DNA of 61,781 nt, the filler included, from Candidatus Tectimicrobiota bacterium (lineage in GTDB: Bacteria > JACPSX01): NCBI GenBank assembly GCA_016193065.1. It is 8 parts of 8 records of this genome, joined end to end, with 100 filler letters (N's around TTAATTAATTAA, not from the genome) between each part and the next. Parts side by side here need not be neighbours in the genome. Positions count along the whole stretch, not along the records: positions 14,256 to 26,313 come from JACPSX010000214.1; positions 26,414 to 29,404 come from JACPSX010000215.1; positions 29,505 to 36,359 come from JACPSX010000095.1; 5 more parts are not named here. The stretch is one strand, 5' to 3'. The notes beneath the pieces were generated by a model. It was not told where the DNA came from and ran no database searches. It saw nothing but the letters and a program-made list of their open reading frames with translations. Made by a program: the position numbers and the translations under genes. Positions 21,104 through 31,376 of this stretch are shown in pieces (the first letter of the stretch is position 1; each line of letters begins with the position of its first letter).

Positions 21104-22499
21104 CCGGATCCCCGATCTCCTGCTGCGCTCCGAGCGAGCCATTTCGGACTCTCAACTGCAGCGCGCGATTGATTTTGCCACCTCCCGGCTGCGGGATCAC
21201 CGCGCCAAGATCATGCCCCGGATGAAGGGGTGGGAGGAGATGCGAGAGCAGGCCCGAGAGCTTCGCCTCCACACTCTCGCTCACCTGGACGAGTACCTGG
21301 AAGCCCTGGAGCGCAAGGTCATGCAGCGGGGCGGGCACGTCTTTTGGGCTCGCGATGCCGGGGAGGCCACCCAATACATCATCGAGCTGGCCAGCCGCCG
21401 CAGGGTGCGCGATCTGGTCAAGACGAAGTCCATGGTGACCGAGGAAATCGGTCTCAACAAGAGCCTCGAACAAAACGGCATTCACCCGGTCGAGACAGAC
21501 CTGGGGGAATATATCGTGCAGTTGGCCGGAGAAACCCCATCCCACCTGATTGCTCCGGCTTTTCACAAGAGCAAAGAGCAAGTGGCCGAGATCTTTTCCC
21601 GCCATTTCGGTACCTCGATCCCGGCCGAGGTGAAGACGATCATGGGAGTGGCCCGGAAGGAGCTGCGCGGGAAGTTTCTTGCAGCACCCATGGGGATCAC
21701 CGGGGCAAACTTTGCCGTGGCTGAAACGGGAACCCTGGTGCTCGTCACGAACGAAGGAAATGGCAGGCTCACTTCCTTTCTTCCCCCCATTTTGGTCAGC
21801 ATCCTGGGAATGGAGAAAGTGGTCCCCCGTCTTGCGGACCTGGAGCTGCTCTTGAATCTCCTGGTTCCCAGCGCCACGGGGCAGCGCTTGACCACCTATG
21901 TCTCTCTTTTAAGCCCGCCCCGGGGCCCTCACGAGACCCGGGGACCGCAGGAGTTCCACCTCATTATCCTGGACAACGGGCGCTCCTCGATTTTGGGCGG
22001 ACCTTTTGCGGACATCCTGACCTGCCTGCGCTGTGGAGCCTGCCTGAACGTCTGCCCGGTCTACCAAAAAATCGGCGGGCACAGCTACGGAGCCACCTAC
22101 ACGGGCCCCATGGGCGCGGTCTTAAGTCCGCTGCTGAGCGAGCTCAAGAATCATGACTCGCTTCCTCACGCCTCCACACTGTGCGGGGCCTGCGCGGAGG
22201 TTTGTCCGGTGAAGATCCCTTTTCCCGATCTCCTCATCGGCCTGCGGCAATCTCAGGTCCGGCAGGGCAAAGCACCGTTTGGGCAAAGTCTGGTCTTCTC
22301 GCTCTGGTCGTGGCTCTGGTCCCATTCCCGGAGATACGCTTTCAGCGCCCGGCTGGCGCGCGCTTTCTGGCCGCTGCTCGGCAACGGACGAAAATTCCCC
22401 GTGGTGTCGGGTTGGGCTTCCGGGAGAGATTTACCACCCCCTGCTCCCCGCACTTTCCGGGATCTCTGGCATGAGCGCAATGGGAGAAGCCGTGGATAG
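21096..22499 (+). CDS. lutB: LutB/YkgF-like lactate utilisation Fe-S protein
   Basis: KSMVTEEI, ETDLGEYI, NEGNGR, CLRCGACLNVCP, CGACAEVCPVKI. Confidence 0.92.
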   Translation: MANRIPDLLLRSERAISDSQLQRAIDFATSRLRDHRAKIMPRMKGWEEMREQARELRLHTLAHLDEYLEALERKVMQRGGHVFWARDAGEATQYIIELASRRRVRDLVKTKSMVTEEIGLNKSLEQNGIHPVETDLGEYIVQLAGETPSHLIAPAFHKSKEQVAEIFSRHFGTSIPAEVKTIMGVARKELRGKFLAAPMGITGANFAVAETGTLVLVTNEGNGRLTSFLPPILVSILGMEKVVPRLADLELLLNLLVPSATGQRLTTYVSLLSPPRGPHETRGPQEFHLIILDNGRSSILGGPFADILTCLRCGACLNVCPVYQKIGGHSYGATYTGPMGAVLSPLLSELKNHDSLPHASTLCGACAEVCPVKIPFPDLLIGLRQSQVRQGKAPFGQSLVFSLWSWLWSHSRRYAFSARLARAFWPLLGNGRKFPVVSGWASGRDLPPPAPRTFRDLWHERNGRSRG

Positions 22500-23163
22500 A
22501 GATCAGTTCATCGCGAACGTTCGCAGTGCTGTCGAAGCAGTGTCTAGGAGGAGCCATGAACTGGCGTCTCCCGTCCGCCGCCGTGATGGAGGACCAGCAG
22601 GAGAAGATCGATTTCTCCTGTTTCGCGACTGTCTGGAGTTTGCCGGAGGCCAGGCCCACAGGGCTGCAGGATCCGAGAAGCTGCGGGAGATCCTGGGACA
22701 AATCATCGCCGGCCGGAATAGGCTAGTAGCCTGGGGTGAAGATCTTCCAGCCGGTACGCGTCAGGTTCTTTCGGAATTCGGCGTGGAGTGGCTTCCTCCG
22801 CTCACCCTGAGCCCTTCGAACGCGGAACAAGGGATACCCCCTTCCATCACCGAAGCTCAAGTGGGAATAACAGGCGCGCTGCTGGGAGTGGCCGAAACGG
22901 GATCCGTGGTGCTGGCTTCCCGGCCCGGGGAGAATCTGCTGATAGCTTCTCTCTCCTCCATTCACGTGGTTCTCCTGGGTATCGACCAGCTTGTGGTGAC
23001 TCTGGGCGATGCCTTCGTTCGGGTGCCTGCGATGTTTCCGGAGGGTCTTCCGGGCAATGTGGCCTTCATCTCCGGCCCCAGCCGCAGCGCGGATATCGAG
23101 CAGAGCCTGGCGATCGGTGCGCACGGTCCCATGGAGGTTCACGTCATAGTAATTTCTTCTTAG
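22492..23163 (+). CDS. lutC: LutC/YkgG-like LUD-domain protein
   Basis: AETGSVV, ISGPSRSADIE, GAHGP; start uncertain (22471-22492). Confidence 0.88.
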   Translation: MDRDQFIANVRSAVEAVSRRSHELASPVRRRDGGPAGEDRFLLFRDCLEFAGGQAHRAAGSEKLREILGQIIAGRNRLVAWGEDLPAGTRQVLSEFGVEWLPPLTLSPSNAEQGIPPSITEAQVGITGALLGVAETGSVVLASRPGENLLIASLSSIHVVLLGIDQLVVTLGDAFVRVPAMFPEGLPGNVAFISGPSRSADIEQSLAIGAHGPMEVHVIVISS

Positions 23164-23171
23164 AAATTTGC

Positions 23172-23314
23172 TACCCTCGCCCCCCAAGGGGGGGCGTGAG
23201 AGAGGGATAACAGTTTTTCCCTCGCCCCCACAGGGGGAGAGGGTCAGCCTGCCTGCCGCCTGCCTGTGCGTCGCACGCAGACAGGCGCCCGCGGCGCAGG
23301 CAGGGGTAAGGGGG
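23172..23314. repeat. nested REP-like palindromic repeats
   Basis: Two CCCTCGCCCCC..GGGGG units; the second is followed by CCTGCCTG...CAGGCAGG, itself containing CCTGCCTGTGCGTCGCACGCAGACAGG. Confidence 0.7.
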
Positions 23315-23324
23315 AGAATACCTT

Positions 23325-24275
23325 ATGAATATTCTCATAACCGGTGCCGGATTGATCGGTTGCCACGGGGCCAGACGCCTTCTGGACGGCGGCCATCGGG
23401 TGGTCCTTTTCGATGTCTCTCCTGACAACGGATATATTCAGGACATTATCGGAGAAGCAAAGAGTCTGACGGTGGACGCGGGCGATCTGAGGGACTTGCC
23501 GGCGCTGATCACCGTGATTCAAAAGCATGAGATCGATGCGGTCGTTCACACGGCGGGCCTCATTGGGAAGAAAGTATCCGAGCACCCGTACACGGGGTTC
23601 ACGGTGAATGTGCAAGGAAGCGTTCACGTAGCGGAGGCGGTGAGTTTATTAAAAGTAAGGAGGCTGGTTTTCCTGAGCTCCTTTGGAGCCTACAACTGGG
23701 AAGTTCCGGCCAAGGCACCGGTGACGGAGGATTTTCCTTTGGGTGGTGCCGGCCTCTATGGAGCTACCAAGGCGGCCAATGAACATCTCCTGGGGGCCTT
23801 TGCAGACCTCTATGGTTTTGATCTGATCATCCTGAGGCCTGCCGGGGTCTTTGGACGGGGCCACTACCGGGGGGGATCGACGGTGGGCATCGTGATGAAC
23901 GACCTGGTCGCAGGCGCCGTGCGGGGGGATTCCGTGCGGGTCCAGGAAACCCAGATGGGAACCAACGAGTACGTCTACGTGAAAGACGTGGCCCAGGCCA
24001 TCGAGAAAGCCTGCACGGTTTCTAGCGTGAAAAGCCGGGCCTTCAACGTGGGAACCGGAGTCCTCGCCTCGGCTCAGGAGATTGTGCAAAAGGTTTGCGG
24101 GCTTGTTCCCGGAGCTCGCGTGGAACTGGTGCCTCCGGGAGCCGGGGAAAAAGTAATCCGGCGCAGCCAGCCGCTGGATCTTTCCAGGAGCCGGGTCGAG
24201 CTTGGTTACAAACCGGGCTATTCTCTGGAGAGTGCTCTGACGGACTACGTGCAGGAGCTCAAAGCGCATCTGTGA
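23325..24275 (+). CDS. NAD-dependent epimerase/dehydratase (extended SDR)
   Basis: ILITGAGLIG, YGATK, YVYVKDVAQA. Confidence 0.88.
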   Translation: MNILITGAGLIGCHGARRLLDGGHRVVLFDVSPDNGYIQDIIGEAKSLTVDAGDLRDLPALITVIQKHEIDAVVHTAGLIGKKVSEHPYTGFTVNVQGSVHVAEAVSLLKVRRLVFLSSFGAYNWEVPAKAPVTEDFPLGGAGLYGATKAANEHLLGAFADLYGFDLIILRPAGVFGRGHYRGGSTVGIVMNDLVAGAVRGDSVRVQETQMGTNEYVYVKDVAQAIEKACTVSSVKSRAFNVGTGVLASAQEIVQKVCGLVPGARVELVPPGAGEKVIRRSQPLDLSRSRVELGYKPGYSLESALTDYVQELKAHL

Positions 24276-24336
24276 TCCGATTGACGAAATCCATTTTGGG
24301 CGGCGGCTCAATGTGGGTTTAGGGGGCTTGATCCGC

Positions 24337-24374
24337 GTACCTGAAATTGGTACATTCGTACCCGAAATGAGTAC
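24337..24374. promoter_or_regulatory. tandem 17-bp imperfect palindromes (operator-like)
   Basis: GTACCTGAAATTGGTAC (24337-24353) and GTACCCGAAATGAGTAC (24358-24374), 21-bp period. Confidence 0.6.
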
Positions 24375-24456
24375 AAAACAAGCCAAAGAGAACCTTTCCT
24401 CGACGCTGTTTGGGAAGGCCCGCCGTCGAGGGGGTAGTCATCGTGGGAGGGAAGTT

Positions 24457-24756
24457 ATGAAGCCTGCGAAAGCAAGGCCTGGAACTGTTCTTATCGATGA
24501 GATCCTTGAATCCCTGAAATCGGTCCCCAGAGCGCGGCTGCGAATTGTTCGTGATGTGGTCGGGGCGCTTGCCGAGCCTACTGCCAAAGAGAAGCGCGGG
24601 GAGAGGCCGAAGCGTATGGAACGAGGAAGCCTTCTCGATACACCTTTCTGCGGGATGTGGCGCGGTCGAACGGATATTGACAATGGGCAATCCTATGGCA
24701 TGGCGTTGAGGCAAAAGCTGGAGACTCGCGGTGACAGACCAAAGAACCTTCGTTGA
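24457..24756 (+). CDS. putative antitoxin (VapB-like partner of PIN toxin)
   Basis: GGGAGG RBS; C-terminal FCGMWRGRTD; overlaps the PIN gene. Confidence 0.65.
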   Translation: MKPAKARPGTVLIDEILESLKSVPRARLRIVRDVVGALAEPTAKEKRGERPKRMERGSLLDTPFCGMWRGRTDIDNGQSYGMALRQKLETRGDRPKNLR

Positions 24757-25123
24757 TACAGATATTCTGATTGACGTGGCAAGGAAAGATCCTCGGGCTC
24801 TTGGCTTTTGGCGACGTGCCGAGGCAAGATCGTCCATGGTATGCTCTGTGATCTCCGTTTTTGATCTCCTTGCCGGGTGCCGCAACCTGCGCGAGCAGCG
24901 CGCGACCCTGAGAAGTCTTTCAACGATGGAGATCGTTCAGATCGAGAGTGGTGATTCCATCCAGGCTTTAGAGTGGTACCGTTCGTTTCATCTTCCCCGA
25001 GGAATCGGGTTTCTCGATTGCTTCGTTGCTGCCGCGGCTCGCCGCCTGGATTTCCAGGTTCATACGCTGAACACAAGGCATTTTAAGGCTATTCCCGGCC
25101 TAAAGGTGAAACACCCGTATTAG
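24731..25123 (+). CDS. VapC/PIN-domain toxin
   Basis: FVDTDILID, DCFVAAAA, TLNTRHF. Confidence 0.9.
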   Translation: MTDQRTFVDTDILIDVARKDPRALGFWRRAEARSSMVCSVISVFDLLAGCRNLREQRATLRSLSTMEIVQIESGDSIQALEWYRSFHLPRGIGFLDCFVAAAARRLDFQVHTLNTRHFKAIPGLKVKHPY

Positions 25124-25209
25124 TGCAGGTGAGATGCCATGACCGCCCACGAGATCATCGGCAGGCAGACGGGACTGACGTGGTTCATGAAATCGTCCGG
25201 GAGGTGGGA

Positions 25210-25965
25210 ATGGAAAATTTGGAAAGTGCTACAGGAAAGGTTGCAATCGTAACCGGAGCCGGAAGTGGAATTGGCCGAGCAGTTGCCTGGAGGCTGGCGA
25301 ATCGGGGGGTCGCCGTGGCGGTCCTGGACTGTTTTGAAGGGAAAGCCCAGCAGGTCAGCAGTGAGATTCGCAAAGCAGGTGGCAGCGCCCTCTCTCTGGT
25401 TGTGGACGTCTCCCGCAAAGTCGAAGTTCAGGGTGTTTTTTCCCGCGTCCTCAAGGAGTGGGAAAAACTGGATGCCGTCATCAACTGTGCCGGCATCTCC
25501 AACCGGGTTCCCGCCGTGGAGCTAGCGGAGGAAGATTGGGACCGGATGATGGCCGTCAACCTGAAGGGAACCTTCCTGTGCTGCCAGGCGGCTCTGCCCC
25601 ACATGATCGCGCGCCGCAATGGGCGGGTGGTGAACATTGCCTCCAACTACGGCGTGCAGGGGGCTTTCCAGATGGCCCACTACGCGGCTTCCAAAGGCGG
25701 CATCGTGGCTCTCACCAAGTCCCTGGCCCTCGAATGTGCCCCTTACGGGATCACGGTGAACGCGGTGGCCCCGGGACCGGTAGATACGCCGTTGGTGCAG
25801 CGGACCTCGGAGCAGGTCAGGAGCTGGGAGGTCAAGATCCCCCTGGGTCGCATTGCCACCCCGGAGGACGTTGCCGGTGCCGTCGTGTTTCTGGCCATCG
25901 GACCCAGCGACTACATCACGGGTCAGATCTTCCACGTCAACGGCGGCGCCCTCATGCCGTGGTGA
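25210..25965 (+). CDS. short-chain dehydrogenase/reductase (FabG-like)
   Basis: TGAGSGIG, NCAG, YAASK, NAVAPG. Confidence 0.92.
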   Translation: MENLESATGKVAIVTGAGSGIGRAVAWRLANRGVAVAVLDCFEGKAQQVSSEIRKAGGSALSLVVDVSRKVEVQGVFSRVLKEWEKLDAVINCAGISNRVPAVELAEEDWDRMMAVNLKGTFLCCQAALPHMIARRNGRVVNIASNYGVQGAFQMAHYAASKGGIVALTKSLALECAPYGITVNAVAPGPVDTPLVQRTSEQVRSWEVKIPLGRIATPEDVAGAVVFLAIGPSDYITGQIFHVNGGALMPW

Positions 25966-26146
25966 AGCGCCAACCGGTTGTCATATCTTCTCCTTGCGAG
26001 GCAGAGCTTCCTCGGGATCGCTCGATAAATCTCAAGATCAGCCGTCGCGGGTTGCCCGGACCGTTGGTTGCGATGGCCTGATCCTTCGTCTTGACCCTAT
26101 GAGAGAAATGAGAGTATGTTGAAATAATTATCGATGGGAGAACACG

Positions 26147-26313
26147 ATGGAGACAATCGAAATCGGCACGCCGGAACCGGCAAAGGCTCTGGCTGTTCTC
26201 CGGGATGCCGTTGAACGTCAAAAGAGCCTCCTTTCTCAAAGTATCGCCAGAACGCAGAAAAGAATTCACCAATTGGCCGCTTCCCTTCAGGTAAATCCTG
26301 ACCTTCTCCTGAC
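26147..26313 (+). CDS. hypothetical small protein, possibly an antitoxin (3'-truncated)
   Basis: GGGAG RBS, ATG, open to the contig end; coiled-coil-like. Confidence 0.45.
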
Positions 26314-26615
26314 NNNNNNNNNNNNNNNNNNNNNNNNNNNNNNNNNNNNNNNNNNNNTTAATTAATTAANNNNNNNNNNNNNNNNNNNNNNNNNNNNNNN
26401 NNNNNNNNNNNNNACCACCCGAGAATCCGACAAGAAATATGGACTCGGAGCCTCGGAAAACGGCTGCCGGATGTGGAAGGTTTCCACACTCGAGATCCGC
26501 AATCTGGGGCTGCCACTACGGAAACTCGAGCGGCTCGCCTGCCTCCTGACGGCCCCGCGCAAGTTATTGGCGCGCCCTGACCGGATAGGGTAGAATACCT
26601 GCAAGGAGCTCACCC

Positions 26616-27629
26616 ATGAGGATGGCATTTCTTCCCCTACTCATTGCGCTCTTGATTCCTCAAGCGCCCTCGACTGCTCCGAAAGAATCGCAACTGAATC
26701 TCAACCCATTGCAGCCATCCATCCCTTCCTCCGCCATCGAACGATCCCAAGCTGCGGTGGTCGGGATCAAGGTTCAGGTTCCCCTGGACCGCCCCTCGGT
26801 CCTTACCCTGGGGCCCGAGCGCTGGGGGAGCGGGGTGATCTTCGACCCCGCCGGATACGCGGTCACGGTCAGCTATGTTGTGCTCGACGCGAAGATCATT
26901 CAGGTTTCCCTCCGCGATGGCCGCGTCGTCCCCGCGAAGCTGGTGGGACTTGACCTGGAGAACGGCTTAGGAGTCATCAAACTGGAAGGAGACGGACCGT
27001 GGCCGGCCGCAGCGCTGGGGGATTCGTCCAAGGTGGCCGTGGGTGAAGCCACGGCGACAATCGGGGTAGGCGAGGCCAATGAGATCGTGATCACCCAGGG
27101 GAAGATACAGGCAATCCAGAGTTTCGCGGGCTACTGGGAGTACATGATCGACCGCGCCTTTGTCGTGGCCCCATACAATCCGTCCTTTGGCGGGAGTCCC
27201 CTTTTCAACGCCCGGGCGGAAGTCATCGGCATCGTGTCCCTCAGGCTCGGGGAGCGCCTCTTCGTCAACCTCGCCATACCGATCGAATACTTCACCTCAT
27301 CCAAGGAGGAGTTGATCCGCCAGGGCAGAGTCCTGAGCCGCCCGCCCCGCCCCTGGCTTGGCCTCTACACCGTTCCCGCCAAGGAGGGAGTCGTGGTGGC
27401 CGGAGCCTCTCCCATCGGGCCCGCGAGTCGAGCCGGGCTCCAAATCGGCGACCTGATCGTGAGAATCAACGGGGAGAAGGTTGAGAGCCAGGAGGAATTC
27501 TACCGACGACTGTGGCAGGCTCAAATCGGACAGGAAATCACCTTGGTCGTCTTACGGCAGTCGCGCTTTCAGGTCATCACGCTCCGCCCCGTCGACCGCT
27601 ACCAGTTCTTCCGCGCTCCGGAGAAATAG
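26616..27629 (+). CDS. S1C/HtrA-like trypsin-fold protein with PDZ domain (atypical catalytic motifs)
   Basis: Signal peptide, GSGVIF, LGDSS, GGSPLFNARAEVIGI, PRPWLG PDZ. Confidence 0.85.
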   Translation: MRMAFLPLLIALLIPQAPSTAPKESQLNLNPLQPSIPSSAIERSQAAVVGIKVQVPLDRPSVLTLGPERWGSGVIFDPAGYAVTVSYVVLDAKIIQVSLRDGRVVPAKLVGLDLENGLGVIKLEGDGPWPAAALGDSSKVAVGEATATIGVGEANEIVITQGKIQAIQSFAGYWEYMIDRAFVVAPYNPSFGGSPLFNARAEVIGIVSLRLGERLFVNLAIPIEYFTSSKEELIRQGRVLSRPPRPWLGLYTVPAKEGVVVAGASPIGPASRAGLQIGDLIVRINGEKVESQEEFYRRLWQAQIGQEITLVVLRQSRFQVITLRPVDRYQFFRAPEK

Positions 27630-27650
27630 CGTCATCGCGGCAGATCAGCC

Positions 27651-28418
27651 TCACACATTTTTCACGGGTTCCATCGTCTCCACCACACTGGCCTTCATGA
27701 AGTCCCGGTTGAGGCGGGCGATGAAGTCGATGCTGATGCCTTTGGGACAGACGGCCTCGCATTCCCCGTGGTTCGAGCAAGCCCCGAAGCCCATCTCCTC
27801 CATTTTGTTCACCATCCTCAAGGCGCGCTGGTAGCGCTCCGGCTGCCCCTGGGGGAGCAGCCCGAGGTGGGAGATCTTGGCCGCCGTGAAGAGCATGGCG
27901 GACCCGTTGGGGCAGGCGGCCACGCAGGCCCCGCAGCCGATGCAGGCGGCGGCGTCCATGGACCGGTCCGCGGCCTCCTTGCTGATGGGAATGGCATTGG
28001 CGTCGGGCGCGCTGCCCGTGCGGGCCGAAATAAACCCTCCCGCCTGAATGATCTTGTCCAGGGCGCTGCGATCCACCACCAGATCCTTGATCACGGGGAA
28101 AGCCCGGGATCGGAACGGCTCCGCGATAATCGTGTCCCCGTCTTTAAATTGGCGCATGAAGAGCTGGCAGGTGGTGGTGAGTTTCTGGGGGCCGTGAGCC
28201 ACCCCGCTGATCATGAACCCGCAGCTTCCACAAATTCCTTCCCGGCAGTCGTGGTCAAAGGCAACGGGCCTCTCGCCTTTCAGGAGGAGCTGCTCGTTCA
28301 AGATGTCCAGCAACTCCAGGAAGGACATATCCGGCTCCACGTGGTCCATTTGGTAAGAAACGAGCTTCCCCTTCTCCCGGGGACCGCTCTGCCTCCAGAT
28401 TTTTAAGGTCAGTTTCAT
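27651..28418 (-). CDS. sdhB: succinate dehydrogenase/fumarate reductase Fe-S subunit
   Basis: [33 protein letters not shown]. Confidence 0.93.
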   Translation of the reverse strand: MKLTLKIWRQSGPREKGKLVSYQMDHVEPDMSFLELLDILNEQLLLKGERPVAFDHDCREGICGSCGFMISGVAHGPQKLTTTCQLFMRQFKDGDTIIAEPFRSRAFPVIKDLVVDRSALDKIIQAGGFISARTGSAPDANAIPISKEAADRSMDAAACIGCGACVAACPNGSAMLFTAAKISHLGLLPQGQPERYQRALRMVNKMEEMGFGACSNHGECEAVCPKGISIDFIARLNRDFMKASVVETMEPVKNV

Positions 28419-29404
28419 TGGTAGCTCCGCTGTGCCAGGTGCACGTTTTCGAAGGACAGAGCCTCCTTATGAAGGACGGGGGTCTGTCCCACGCCTGTAA
28501 ATTCCCAGGCGGATACGTGCGAAAAGTTCTCATCGTCCCGCAGGGCCTCGCCTTCGGGCGTCTGGTGCTCTTCACGGAAGTGGGCGCCGCAGGACTCGTC
28601 GCGCACCAGAGCGTCGTAGACCAGAAGCTCGGCGAACTCCATGAAGTCCGCAACCCGACCGGCCTTCTCCAGGGACTGGTTGAAGTCCTCGCCCTCCGCC
28701 GACACCTTCACGTTCTTCCAGAATTCCTCGCGCAGCTCCGGAATCTTCTTCAGGGCCGTTTTCAGCCCGTTCTCGTTGCGCCCCATCCCGCAATATTCCC
28801 AAAGGAGCTGGCCCAGCTCCCGGTGGAAGGAATCCACCGTGCGCTTTCCATTCACCGCCAGCAGCTTCTTAATGCGATCCTTCGCATCTTTTTCCGTTTG
28901 CTTAAAGGCCGGGTGATCCGTGGAGGGACGATCCTTGGGAGATACGCCGACCAGATAGTCGCCGATGGTGTAGGGCAAAATGAAATAGCCATCCGCCAGA
29001 CCCTGCATCAGGGCGCTGGCCCCCAGACGGTTGGCGCCGTGGTCGGAAAAGTTGGCCTCTCCGATGATGTGCAGGCCGTCCAGGTTGCTCATGAGGTTAT
29101 AGTCCACCCACAGCCCGCCCATCGTGTAGTGCATGGCCGGATAAATCCGCATGGGCTGTTTGTAAGGGTCTTCGGCCGTGATGCGCTCGTACATTTCAAA
29201 GAGGTTTCCGTAGCGTTCCACGATCACGTCCACGCCCAGACGCTGCATGGCTTCGGTGAAATCCAGATACACGCCCTGGCCACCGGGTCCCACTCCCCGC
29301 CCGTCGTCGCAGACCTCTTTGGCATTTCTGGAGGCCACGTCCCGGGGCACCAGGTTGCCGAAGGCGGGATACTTGCGCTCCAGATAATAATCACGCTCGG
29401 CCTC
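28415..29404 (-). CDS. sdhA: succinate dehydrogenase/fumarate reductase flavoprotein (5'-truncated)
   Basis: [35 protein letters not shown]. Confidence 0.93.
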   Translation of the reverse strand, partial: EAERDYYLERKYPAFGNLVPRDVASRNAKEVCDDGRGVGPGGQGVYLDFTEAMQRLGVDVIVERYGNLFEMYERITAEDPYKQPMRIYPAMHYTMGGLWVDYNLMSNLDGLHIIGEANFSDHGANRLGASALMQGLADGYFILPYTIGDYLVGVSPKDRPSTDHPAFKQTEKDAKDRIKKLLAVNGKRTVDSFHRELGQLLWEYCGMGRNENGLKTALKKIPELREEFWKNVKVSAEGEDFNQSLEKAGRVADFMEFAELLVYDALVRDESCGAHFREEHQTPEGEALRDDENFSHVSAWEFTGVGQTPVLHKEALSFENVHLAQRSYQ

Positions 29405-29504
29405 NNNNNNNNNNNNNNNNNNNNNNNNNNNNNNNNNNNNNNNNNNNNTTAATTAATTAANNNNNNNNNNNNNNNNNNNNNNNNNNNNNNNNNNNNNNNN
29501 NNNN

Positions 29505-30468
29505 AAAGCTCAGGGCGGATCTCCAGTTTACCCACCTCCATATGGGAATAATCCAGAATGTTCATGATCAGGCCCTGGAGGTATTTGGCGTTCTGATGGA
29601 TCGTCGCGATGTCCTCCTGCAAGCGCTCCGTGAGGGGCCCGTCAATCCCTTTGAGAATGATGCCCGAAAATCCGATCATGGCATTGAGAGGAGTGCGGAG
29701 CTCATGACTCATGCTGGCCAGGAAGGTGGACTTGACGCGGTTTGCCTTCTCCAACTGGCGGTTGGTCTCCCGCAGGCTTTTGTTCAGATTCTCGAGATCC
29801 CGGGTCCGCGCGGCGACCTGGTCTTCCAGGATGCGGTTCATGTTCTGCACCCGGGAAAACAGGCGGGCATTGGCCACGGCCTGGGAAGCTTGCGAAGCGA
29901 TGATCGTGAGGAGACGCTGGGCGTTGTCATCAAAAGCCGCCGGCTCGGAATGGCTTAAGTTCAACACCCCGATGACCTCGTCCCCGTTCTTGAGGGGTAG
30001 ACAAAGCAAGGAGACCACGGAATCGCCGTAGGGAGGCCCTGTGACGAAGCGCTCATCCTGCCTGGCGTCGGACAGGAGGCAGATCTCTCCGGTCTTCGCC
30101 ACGGTTCCCGCAATTCCTTCCCCCCACTTGAAGTAAACCGTGGCGGGATCTTCCGGCGTGTAAAACGACGCCTGCTCGTCATCGATCCCTCGGGCCGCTA
30201 CCAGAGAGAGACACACCTTGGCATCATCCGCCAGCATGAGCGAGCAGTTTTCGGCCCCAGTTTCCTCACAGACAATGGTGAGCAGTTCCTTACAGGTCCG
30301 GGGGAAATCGTTCCAGAACTTGAGGCCGTCGGCCACGCGGCGAACGACCGAGATCTCTTCGACCTTTTCCTGGAAACGCAGCGAGGTCTCTTGGAGTGTG
30401 CGGGCATAGAGATCCCGCTCCTTTAGCAGACTGTGGATCCTGTCCTGGAGGGCAATATCCCTCAACAT
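29505..30468 (-). CDS. GAF-domain sensor histidine kinase (3'-truncated)
   Basis: GEGIAGTVA...SLLCLPL GAF; FLASMSHELRTPLNA H-box. Confidence 0.9.
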
Positions 30469-30479
30469 GGCACCGGCTC

Positions 30480-31376
30480 CTATCCCAGAACTTGCAGGAA
30501 TTCTTCGATGTTCGCCCGCTCTTTGCTCAGGTTCATGGACAACACCAGCAGCGCATCGTCATCCAGGTTGAGAATCTTCCGGCTGTTGAGACGGATGTTT
30601 GGCACCAGCGGATCCCCCCCCGAACCGATGCCGACCTTCCGTGTGATGGAGTCACCCACATGGACAAGGGATGCCAGCAAGATCCCATGAGGTTCGCTGT
30701 CCTCCGGGTGGTGGTGATGGTGAATGGATTCCAGGAGCAAAGGGGGGAACTTCCAGTGTTGCCCCAGCCAGAATCCCACGTCGTCGTGCCCGACCCCCAG
30801 GAGGACCTCCTTCTCGACTTCCACGATCGGCCGGGAAGCCTCCCGGATGGAGTTCGCCACCTGCTGATATTCCTCGGGGAAGATGCGGTCCAGAACGACC
30901 TTGCCGATATCGTGGAGAAGTCCCGCCAAAAAAGCAGTTTCCGGGTCCGGGTAGCGCACCTGTTTGGCCAGCAACTCGCAGGCCTTGGCGCAGCCAATGG
31001 AATGGAGCCAGAATTTCTCCCGGTCGAAAAACCGGGAATCGCTCCGGCCCAAAACATCAAACACCGAGGCGCTCAGTGCCAGGCTTTTCACCGTTTCAAA
31101 ACCCAACACGACCACAGCCTGGGGGATGGAGGTGATTGTCCTGGAATACCCGTAAAAGGCCGAGTTGGCCAGCCGGAGAATCCGCGAAGAGATGGACTGA
31201 TCCTTGGCAATCATGCGCCCCAGGTCCTTGGCGGAGGACTTCTCATCCTTGGCGATTTGCATGATCCTGGTGACAATCACGGGTAGGGTAGGAAGATCCT
31301 TCAAGCGGGCCATGAACCTCTTTATTTCGTGTTCGCTGAACTGACTCTCCGTGCGCGCTTGCTCAAACATGCTCAT
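30480..31376 (-). CDS. HDOD-domain protein
   Basis: LPTLP, LRLANSAFYG, FWLHS, GLLHDIGK. Confidence 0.92.
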   Translation of the reverse strand: MSMFEQARTESQFSEHEIKRFMARLKDLPTLPVIVTRIMQIAKDEKSSAKDLGRMIAKDQSISSRILRLANSAFYGYSRTITSIPQAVVVLGFETVKSLALSASVFDVLGRSDSRFFDREKFWLHSIGCAKACELLAKQVRYPDPETAFLAGLLHDIGKVVLDRIFPEEYQQVANSIREASRPIVEVEKEVLLGVGHDDVGFWLGQHWKFPPLLLESIHHHHHPEDSEPHGILLASLVHVGDSITRKVGIGSGGDPLVPNIRLNSRKILNLDDDALLVLSMNLSKERANIEEFLQVLG

